The notes beneath the pieces are model-generated. The model did not search any database and was not told the DNA's origin. It saw only the letters and a list, made by a program, of their open reading frames with translations. A stretch of 11,897 nucleotides of DNA from Prasinococcaceae sp. CCMP 1430 (Eukaryota; Plantae; Prasinodermophyta): the NCBI GenBank assembly GCA_013416795.1, contig RQSC01001240.1, positions 116,132 to 128,028 of the forward strand. Direction: 5' to 3'. The translations under genes were made by a program, and so were the position numbers. Below, one piece after another: positions 1-6,671 of this stretch (positions are counted from its first letter, which is position 1; each line of letters begins with the position of its first letter).

Positions 1-1589
1 GCGGCAGCGCCGGGCACGGCGGCGAAGGAGGGCGGCGCCCTCGCGAGGCGTGCGCACGACTGCGTGCACCTGTGCAACTTGTGCGTCGACGTGTGCCTGC
101 CGCCGGTCGCCGCCCTCCCGCCGCCGCGCGCCGACGCCGCGGGCCGCGCAAAGTACATGGCGGAGATGCTCGGAGCCATGGGCGGCGCCAGCGGCACGCG
201 CGAGTACTGGGAGGTGGGAGGCTCAACCAACTTCGCGATCGCTGCGGCGCGGATGGGCATGGTGAGGGGCGCCGCGACGCTCGCGGGCGCTTCCTCCTTC
301 GTCGATCCTCGCTCGTGCGGGCCCGACTGACGCTGAGACCGCGCGCCCGGCCCTGCTGCGCCCGCGCCGCGCTCCCTGCTGCCCCGCCCAAGCGCTGCGC
401 GTGCTACGGCCACGTCGCGGACGACTCTCCCGGCGAGTTCCTCGACCAAGTGCTCGGCGAGGAGGGCGTCGCCATGCACGCCATGCAGCCCGCGTACGAG
501 TGCAGCGACAACGGCGGCAACGGCGCTGGCGGCGATGCTGCGAGTACGAGTGGGCGGGGCACCACCGCCGACATGAGCAGCCTGGCGTCGATGGGCCTCT
601 CGGGCGGCGTCGATGCGACGCTGCTGTGCTACGTACTGGTCGACACCGCTGGCTCGCACGCCTTCGTGTCTCGCTTCGACTTCAACACGGCTGCCATCCA
701 CGCGGCAGGCGGAGCAGAGGCGCTGCCTGTCAACGCGCTCCGCGCGCAGCTGGCGGGCAGCCGCGCTCTCTTCCTCAACGGGTACGCGTTCGACGAGCTC
801 CCCGGACTGGCGCTGCTGGCAGCCACCGAGGCCGCGCGCTCGGAAGGATGCGCGCTGCTGTTCGACCCGGGGCCGCGCGCGTCTCACCTGCTCGCGCTGG
901 CGGCGAAGCGCGGCGGGGGGGGGCAAAGCGATGGCGACCTAGGCGACGTCAGCGACGGGAGCTGCGACGGCGTGACGGGCTCGGACGACGTGACGCGCGA
1001 CGAGACCATGGCCACGCGCGCGCTGCTAGCGGGCGCGGACGTGCTCCTGCTGACCGAAGAGGAGGCCGCCGACGTGACGGGGATCGCAGGGGACAACCGT
1101 GCGGCGGCGATCGCGCTGCTCAACAACGGCGGCGGCGGCGGCGGCGACGAGTGGCCGCACGAGCGCTGGGTAATAATCAAGCGCGGTGCGATGGGGGCCA
1201 TGCTCGCGAGGCGGGGAGGCGAGGGCGAGGGCGAGGGCGAGGGCGGAGGTGGTATCGAGACCTTTGAATCGACTGCTTTTGCCGTGGATGTGCGCGACAC
1301 CGTCGGGTGCGGCGACAGTTTCGCCGGCGCGCTCGCCACGGCGTACCTCGCCGGGGCGCACCCGTCGACGGCGCTCGCCATGGCCAATGCCATGGGCGCC
1401 GCCACGGCGTCGGCGCCGGGCGCCGGGCGCAACGTGGGCACTCACGCCGCAGTGCGCGCGCTGCTTGCGCGAAGGGCAAGTGGGGACGACGCGCGCGCCG
1501 CCGAGGGCGACAGGAGCGCGGCCGCGGACGCCCTGGAGCTCCTCGACCGGCAGGGACACCAGGAGGGCCGCGCCGCCGTCACCGCCTAG
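1..1589 (+). CDS. pfkB/ribokinase-family kinase, 5'-partial, join(<1..261,393..1589), ~485 aa visible; likely orthologue of Arabidopsis At1g06730 (plastid nucleoside kinase PNK1)
   Basis: Frame 1 exon gives HLCNLCVDV...YWEVGGSTNFAIAAARMGM, spliced in phase 0 to RCACYGHVADD..GEFL. Downstream are LLCYVLVD, LFLNGYAFD, LFDPGPR, DVLLLTEEEA, WVIIKRG and the pfkB signature DTVGCGDSF...ANAMGAATA..GAGRNV. The motif series matches my recollection of At1g06730. Stop TAG at 1587-1589. Confidence 0.93.
   Translation, partial: GSAGHGGEGGRRPREACARLRAPVQLVRRRVPAAGRRPPAAARRRRGPRKVHGGDARSHGRRQRHARVLGGGRLNQLRDRCGADGHGEGRRDARGRFLLRRSSLVRARLTLRPRARPCCARAALPAAPPKRCACYGHVADDSPGEFLDQVLGEEGVAMHAMQPAYECSDNGGNGAGGDAASTSGRGTTADMSSLASMGLSGGVDATLLCYVLVDTAGSHAFVSRFDFNTAAIHAAGGAEALPVNALRAQLAGSRALFLNGYAFDELPGLALLAATEAARSEGCALLFDPGPRASHLLALAAKRGGGGQSDGDLGDVSDGSCDGVTGSDDVTRDETMATRALLAGADVLLLTEEEAADVTGIAGDNRAAAIALLNNGGGGGGDEWPHERWVIIKRGAMGAMLARRGGEGEGEGEGGGGIETFESTAFAVDVRDTVGCGDSFAGALATAYLAGAHPSTALAMANAMGAATASAPGAGRNVGTHAAVRALLARRASGDDARAAEGDRSAAADALELLDRQGHQEGRAAVTA
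262..392 (+). other. Spliceosomal intron (131 nt, phase 0) in the pfkB gene
   Basis: Donor ATG|GTGAGG at 262; branch-like CTGAC at 327-331; pyrimidine/C-rich tract with no AG from 338 until CCCAAG| at 392. Removal joins two conserved halves (ARMGM|RCACYGHV); unspliced frame 1 stops at 328-330. Confidence 0.85.
1128..1244 (+). repeat. Coding microsatellites (GGC)6 at 1128-1145 and (GAGGGC)4 at 1221-1244
   Basis: Read directly; they encode poly-Gly and EG repeats in pfkB loop insertions. Confidence 0.9.
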
Positions 1590-1745
1590 CTCGAGCTCGT
1601 GAAAGTGATCCGCGAATTGGCATTCATATCATCGTTGCACGGCGCGTACATCATCGTGGCACGAACGCATGCGCGTGCGAGCGCGACGCCGCGCGTGCTT
1701 TCTCCGTGCGAGAGCGTCTCGCGCCGCTGACTCGCGCTAGTACTA

Positions 1746-1750
1746 TTACA
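1746..1750 (-). terminator. TGTAA polyadenylation signal of the minus-strand orphan gene
   Basis: TTACA on + is TGTAA on -, 15 nt after the TAG stop ending at 1766. UGUAA is the established chlorophyte (e.g. Chlamydomonas) poly(A) signal. Confidence 0.6.
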
Positions 1751-1765
1751 GTGCAGTAGCATCGA

Positions 1766-2551
1766 CTAGCATCCGTTCGCCGTGACGTGTCCGTGCGACG
1801 GCCAGAACCACCAGTGCGTGGAGCGCGGGATGCCGCGCGGCGCCGGCGACTCGGCGCTGAGGTTTTCCGCCTCCTCGGCCGCGTCCGTGATGGCCGCGTC
1901 GCACGCGCGCCGCCACGCGCCCACGCCGCCGCCCGCATGGTCCTCCGCCGCCTCGGCGAGCGCGTCCGCGAGCGAAGCCACGCGCGCGCCCGCCTCCCAT
2001 ACGAGCTCCAGCGCCGACCGCCGCCATACGACCTCGCTGTACGCGTAGAAGCCGCCGCGCCACACGTCGTACTCGCCGATGAGTTCCAGCGTGCGCGCGC
2101 CAAAGAGCTCCAGCGCGACGGCGAGCGCGTCCGGCGCGGGGCTCGGTGCCTCGCGCTCGCGCTCCCGCTCGCGGACGCGCCCGCCCACGTGCACTCCCAG
2201 CGGGCACGGCTTGTACTCCACGTTGGCGGTGAGGCAGCGCAGCGAGTCCGCGAGCGCGTGTGCCCACAGCGGGGGCGGCTCGCCAGCGCGTGCGCCACGC
2301 TCGCCCGCCATCAGGTTGTACGCCAGCCGCATGACCGTCTCCACGATGACGGCGCAGCGGTGCTCCTCCGAGCCGTCGTCGGGGCGCGCCAGTGGGTTGG
2401 CTGGGTCGAGCGAGGGCCCGCCACGGCGCTCGAAGAGCGCCCGCATCTCCCGTGTGGCGTCGCACGCGGCCGCTGCGCACGCGCAGTCGCGGCCGCAGCC
2501 GCACGCGCCCCCCTTCGTGGCGCAGCACGTGAGCGCGGCGAGCGCGCACAT
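1766..2551 (-). CDS. Hypothetical protein (261 aa from ATG 2551; alternative start 2446) with Cys-rich N-terminus and RRSAL / GIPxxHWWFW motifs
   Basis: Protein-like translation (EHRCAVIVETVMRLAYNL, ELIGEYDVWRGGFYAYSEVVWRRSALELVW, GIPRSTHWWFW), G/C-ending codons and TGTAA after the stop. The ORF-track extension to 3250 is low-complexity and runs through a repeat island, so it is not accepted. Start uncertain: TCCCCCAG directly precedes the ATG and could be a splice acceptor. Confidence 0.75.
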   Translation of the reverse strand: MCALAALTCCATKGGACGCGRDCACAAAACDATREMRALFERRGGPSLDPANPLARPDDGSEEHRCAVIVETVMRLAYNLMAGERGARAGEPPPLWAHALADSLRCLTANVEYKPCPLGVHVGGRVREREREREAPSPAPDALAVALELFGARTLELIGEYDVWRGGFYAYSEVVWRRSALELVWEAGARVASLADALAEAAEDHAGGGVGAWRRACDAAITDAAEEAENLSAESPAPRGIPRSTHWWFWPSHGHVTANGC

Positions 2552-2612
2552 CTGGGGGACGGCCGAGCGCGCCCCGCCCTGCGCGGCGGCCGCTGCTCGG
2601 CACGACNCGCCT

Positions 2613-2620
2613 TTTGGCGG
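2613..2620 (+). promoter_or_regulatory. E2F-consensus site TTTGGCGG
   Basis: Exact match to TTTSSCGS about 60-70 nt upstream of ATG 2551. Motif match only. Confidence 0.3.
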
Positions 2621-2954
2621 AATTGCGCGCGCACGTGGCGCGCACCGGCCGTTTTTTACGCGTGCGCGGCCGCGAGCGCTCCTCTTTTCCGGCCGTTGGG
2701 AGTCGGCACCGCGCCGAATTTCGTCGGACGCAGGAGCAGGAGCAGGGCGGGCGTGTGGCGCCCCCCACTCTCCCCTCGAGCGCAAACCCCTCCCCCCCAC
2801 ACACACACCCCACCCCACCCAACCCCGCCCCGCGCTGTCAGGCCTCCGGCGGCATCCACCTCCGCGCTGCGCTGTGGGCCATTCGTTCGCCGCCGAAAGG
2901 GCGCGCGCACACCGAACAAAGGGCCCCGCAAAGCGTCGCGCACCAAACAAACGC

Positions 2955-3130
2955 CCCCAATTGAATGTGATACGACCCATCGCAATGAGGAAATGGCCTG
3001 TCGAGGTCACTCGGAATGCGTGTGTTTGAGGCAATGTGAGGATATGCCGCAGAAACGGCAAGGAGCACTTTTTTCGCCCCAATTGAATGTGATACGACCC
3101 ATCGCAATGAGGAAATGGCCTGTCGAGGTC
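2955..3130. repeat. Perfect 54-bp direct repeat (2955-3008 and 3077-3130) with a 68-bp spacer
   Basis: CCCCAATTGAATGTGATACGACCCATCGCAATGAGGAAATGGCCTGTCGAGGTC occurs twice with period 122. 2941-3130 is ~51% GC (97/190 counted), well below the flanks. Confidence 0.95.
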
Positions 3131-3253
3131 GCTCCGAAGCTCCACGCGGGGTGCATCGCATCGAGGACCGACTCGATTGCGATCCGCGGGCGCGCGGTGC
3201 GAGCGCAGCGTTGCAGGCGCTCTCTCTTTCTGCGCGCCGCCGGGCGCCAACTA

Positions 3254-4330
3254 CTAGGGGCTGGCGCGCAGCGCTGCCTCGACCTTGTGGAGCCACTCGA
3301 GCTTGGCGGCCTTCATGGCGCCCTGGCCGAGCGGGAACAGGTGGTGGCCCTCGATGTCGATGACGCCGAACTCGCCCGACGTGAACGCCTGCCAGCCCTC
3401 CACCATCGCGCGCGTCACCTTGCGATCGCGGGTCGCCGCGAACGCCGTCACCGGGAAGTCGAAGGGCTCCGCGCCCGCGCGCGCGTACTCGTACTCGTCG
3501 AAGAGCCTAAAGTCCGCGCGCATGAGGCCGCTGAACTGCGCCCACATGGCCGCCGAGAAGACGACCTCGTTGACGTCCCACCCACGCGCCTCGTCCTTGA
3601 AGTCGTCGTCGCCCAGGTCGGCCTGGCGGCGCCACGGCCTCTGCTCCGCGGGGATGGAAGGCGGCGGAAAGGCGCCCAGGAAGGCGCGCTGGGGCATCGG
3701 CAGGCCCTCCTCCCGCGCGAGGCTCAGGAATTCGAAGGCGTTCCACGTGCCCACGGAGTGCGCCACCACGACGTACGGCGCGCGCGCCAGCCGCGAGGCG
3801 ACCAGCGGCAGCACCTGGCGCGCCACCTCGGCGCACGAGCTCAGGCACGCCTCCCGGGCGCGCGCCATTCGCCCGGGCAGCTGCGCCGCCAGCACCGTCC
3901 ACCCCTTTTCCTTGGCCCACTCCAGCAGCGGGCTCGTCGCGGGCGCGAGGTTGCGCTGCTGCGTGAAGACGTCCTCGGCGCTGCCCGCGTTGCTGAAGCA
4001 CAGCACGTAGCCCGCGGCCTCACCGCCATCGACGCCCGTGCCGCTGATCCTGATGCCAGGGAACCACTTGGAGAAGGTCGCCTCGTCCGGGGCGGGATAC
4101 TTGGCCTCGATATCCTCGACGCCCCGGCTATGAGTGGTAGTAGCGCTCGGCGCGGGCAGCTCGCCGACGTTGGCTCCCTCGGCGGCGAAGTATGCGCGGA
4201 TCTGCTCCTCCGACCAGAGCTTGTAGGCGTACTCGGGCGCGTCGGGCGTGCGGATGCCCTCATCCTCGGCGTCTTCTCGCAGGACCTCGATGAGGTTCAC
4301 CTTGCGTACCTCCTCCGGCGTCAGGCCCAT
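3254..4330 (-). CDS. Type II (GrsT/RifR-like) thioesterase, alpha/beta hydrolase, 358 aa from ATG 4330; frame open upstream to the gap
   Basis: VLCFSNAGS (oxyanion region), AAQLPGRMAR (cf. vQlPGRe.R), nucleophile elbow AHSVG at 3749-3763, LMRADFRLFDEY, Asp in ATRDRKV and His in EGHHLF. Ends in tandem TAG TAG (3256-3251). Confidence 0.88.
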   Translation of the reverse strand: MGLTPEEVRKVNLIEVLREDAEDEGIRTPDAPEYAYKLWSEEQIRAYFAAEGANVGELPAPSATTTHSRGVEDIEAKYPAPDEATFSKWFPGIRISGTGVDGGEAAGYVLCFSNAGSAEDVFTQQRNLAPATSPLLEWAKEKGWTVLAAQLPGRMARAREACLSSCAEVARQVLPLVASRLARAPYVVVAHSVGTWNAFEFLSLAREEGLPMPQRAFLGAFPPPSIPAEQRPWRRQADLGDDDFKDEARGWDVNEVVFSAAMWAQFSGLMRADFRLFDEYEYARAGAEPFDFPVTAFAATRDRKVTRAMVEGWQAFTSGEFGVIDIEGHHLFPLGQGAMKAAKLEWLHKVEAALRASP

Positions 4331-4443
4331 GGCCCCGCGGATCCTGTCGGCCCGCTGCGCGTCCAGCGCGTTGCGGCGCGGCGCGGCGCGGCCCGGGCGC
4401 GCGAAGAGTGGCGCCCCAAGCCCCCTCGGCGGCCGCCGCGCGT

Positions 4444-5354
4444 NNNNNNNNNNNNNNNNNNNNNNNNNNNNNNNNNNNNNNNNNNNNNNNNNNNNNNNNN
4501 NNNNNNNNNNNNNNNNNNNNNNNNNNNNNNNNNNNNNNNNNNNNNNNNNNNNNNNNNNNNNNNNNNNNNNNNNNNNNNNNNNNNNNNNNNNNNNNNNNNN
4601 NNNNNNNNNNNNNNNNNNNNNNNNNNNNNNNNNNNNNNNNNNNNNNNNNNNNNNNNNNNNNNNNNNNNNNNNNNNNNNNNNNNNNNNNNNNNNNNNNNNN
4701 NNNNNNNNNNNNNNNNNNNNNNNNNNNNNNNNNNNNNNNNNNNNNNNNNNNNNNNNNNNNNNNNNNNNNNNNNNNNNNNNNNNNNNNNNNNNNNNNNNNN
4801 NNNNNNNNNNNNNNNNNNNNNNNNNNNNNNNNNNNNNNNNNNNNNNNNNNNNNNNNNNNNNNNNNNNNNNNNNNNNNNNNNNNNNNNNNNNNNNNNNNNN
4901 NNNNNNNNNNNNNNNNNNNNNNNNNNNNNNNNNNNNNNNNNNNNNNNNNNNNNNNNNNNNNNNNNNNNNNNNNNNNNNNNNNNNNNNNNNNNNNNNNNNN
5001 NNNNNNNNNNNNNNNNNNNNNNNNNNNNNNNNNNNNNNNNNNNNNNNNNNNNNNNNNNNNNNNNNNNNNNNNNNNNNNNNNNNNNNNNNNNNNNNNNNNN
5101 NNNNNNNNNNNNNNNNNNNNNNNNNNNNNNNNNNNNNNNNNNNNNNNNNNNNNNNNNNNNNNNNNNNNNNNNNNNNNNNNNNNNNNNNNNNNNNNNNNNN
5201 NNNNNNNNNNNNNNNNNNNNNNNNNNNNNNNNNNNNNNNNNNNNNNNNNNNNNNNNNNNNNNNNNNNNNNNNNNNNNNNNNNNNNNNNNNNNNNNNNNNN
5301 NNNNNNNNNNNNNNNNNNNNNNNNNNNNNNNNNNNNNNNNNNNNNNNNNNNNNN
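4444..5354. other. Assembly gap (911 N)
   Basis: Run of N. It hides the divergent promoters and 5' ends of the thioesterase and the Tudor-like gene. Additional single Ns at 2607 and 10092. Confidence 1.
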
Positions 5355-6569
5355 AGCTCGCCGCTGCACGCGTCGCTGGGCGCCCCGCGCAAGCGCGCGC
5401 GGCTCGAGGGCGAGGAGCGCGGCGCGTTCGCTCGCCGCGAGCCCATCGTGCGCGCGCTCACGGGCGCGGACCTGGACACGTCGCTGCTGCGGCGGGCGCT
5501 CGAGGTGCGCGACCCTGCGAGCGGCGCGTGGACGGCAGTACACGTGGTGGACGTGCAGCTCTCGGCGAGGGCGCCCACCGCGACCGTGGTGCTGCCGCAG
5601 CCCTGCCCCGCGCCCGCCCCGGGATCCGCCGCGCAGCCCGCTGCCGAGACGGCAACCATCGACCTGAACGCGGCCATCCGCGACAGCGGGGCGTCGGTGC
5701 GGCTCGTCATCGAGGCGAGCTCGGCTCTGGAGCGCGAGGCCGCAGCCGAGGTGCGCTACCACATGCCGCCCGAGGAGCACGCGCCCGAGCCGAGCAGCAA
5801 CGGCGCTCTCGCGCTTCCCGCCGAGCTTGCGCTGGAGTCGGACGGCGAGCTGCCCAACATGGGCTGGACGCGTCCGCGCCTCGGCGAGCTCTTCATGCGA
5901 CTGACGGGCGTCGACATCAACTCGAGGCGCATCACCAAGGAGCGCATGCTGGCGATGGTCCGCCGCGCGCTGCGAGGGCTCGATCCGGACGCGGTCGAGC
6001 CCGCAGACATTGAGGACGCGCTCGCGAGTGGCACGGGCGGCGCCGCCGGCGGCTCTGGCGCCGCAGGTGGCGGCATCCCGGGCAATCCCGCACCCCCGCC
6101 CACGCGTGACGGGCGGTACCTCGTGCGGAACCGCGACGCGCGCGCAGGCAACGTCTCAGGGCCGGTTGAGGTGCTGCAGCTCGAGGGTGGCGCTGGGGAT
6201 GGGCACACGTGGGTGCCGGCCACCGCGCTGCGCGGGCTGCCCAAGAAGGGCACGGTGATCGTCCGCTACGAGGACGGCGCTGGTGCAGCGCTCGCTGGTA
6301 CTCAGGTCGAAATTGCCTTCAGCGAGGAGCGAGTCGCGTGGCCGATCGGGTGCGTCGAAGGTGGGCGGCGCCCTGCGGACGCAGGCGACGCCGACGGTGC
6401 CAAAGACGCCGCTGTCGCCGCCGGCGACGGCACCGATGGTGCCGCCGCCGTCAAAGCGGGCGCCGGCGCCGGCGGCGACGACGGCACGGCTGCCGGCGCC
6501 GCCGCGAAGGAAGCCGCAGACGCTCCGGCTGAGGTCGGCGACGCGGACGATGGCAAACACGAGGGGTAG
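5355..6569 (+). CDS. Hypothetical nuclear protein, 5'-partial (404 aa visible), with putative Tudor-like barrel(s) and a helix-extension-helix-like segment
   Basis: Open frame with G/C-ending codons; NLS-like PRKRAR; beta-rich RRALEVRDPASGAWTAVHVVDV; helical TRPRLGELFMRLTGVDINSRRITKERMLAMVRRAL; TVIVRYEDG..VEIAFSEERVAW resembles the plant PDS5/MSH6 Tudor pattern (VxYxDG.E.l.l..E.v.W); acidic Ala/Gly/Asp tail; TAG TAG stop. Confidence 0.75.
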   Translation, partial: SSPLHASLGAPRKRARLEGEERGAFARREPIVRALTGADLDTSLLRRALEVRDPASGAWTAVHVVDVQLSARAPTATVVLPQPCPAPAPGSAAQPAAETATIDLNAAIRDSGASVRLVIEASSALEREAAAEVRYHMPPEEHAPEPSSNGALALPAELALESDGELPNMGWTRPRLGELFMRLTGVDINSRRITKERMLAMVRRALRGLDPDAVEPADIEDALASGTGGAAGGSGAAGGGIPGNPAPPPTRDGRYLVRNRDARAGNVSGPVEVLQLEGGAGDGHTWVPATALRGLPKKGTVIVRYEDGAGAALAGTQVEIAFSEERVAWPIGCVEGGRRPADAGDADGAKDAAVAAGDGTDGAAAVKAGAGAGGDDGTAAGAAAKEAADAPAEVGDADDGKHEG

Positions 6570-6671
6570 TAGCTGGGGCGTGACGCGCACAAACGCATCA
6601 CACGCGCGCATAGCGAGTGAGGAGCGGCATGGCACGCTCGGTCCGGGCAAGCGCAAGGGTCACGTTTATGC

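Noticed and set aside
2609-2618. GCCTTTTGGC, like U2 snRNA stem I
   Set aside because: The following TAAGATCAAGTGTAGTA is absent.
2780-2832. C/A-rich tract (G-rich on minus), G-quadruplex-like
   Set aside because: Low-complexity tracts like this are common in GC-rich algal promoters and introns; nothing specific supports a function.
2977-3029. Possible snoRNA guides: CCATCGCAATG (antisense to an LSU rRNA CATTGCGATGG stretch) and ATGCGTGT (antisense to U6 ACACGCAU)
   Set aside because: The matches rely on remembered sequences and are only 8-11 nt, and the D-box +5 rule does not land on a methylation site I know; too weak to call.
2955-3130. 54-bp repeat as a CRISPR array or mini-LTR element
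   Set aside because: Only two copies, the repeat is too long, the context is eukaryotic with no cas genes, and there are no shared TG..CA ends, PBS/PPT or target-site duplication.
2552-3250. N-terminal extension of the 494-aa minus ORF
   Set aside because: Low-complexity, promoter-like sequence that passes through the 54-bp repeat, giving a duplicated peptide SDLDRPFPHCDGSYHIQLG with non-GC3 codons; not coding-like.
1787-6013. 1408-aa, 818-aa, 773-aa and 506-aa ORFs crossing the N gap
   Set aside because: They appear continuous only because N codons contain no stops; only the flanking thioesterase and Tudor-like parts are supported.
3251-6572. Tandem TAG TAG stops on the thioesterase (3251-3256) and the Tudor-like gene (6567-6572)
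   Set aside because: Two cases among six genes are not enough to infer leaky TAG or a code variant; TAG behaves as a normal stop in five genes.
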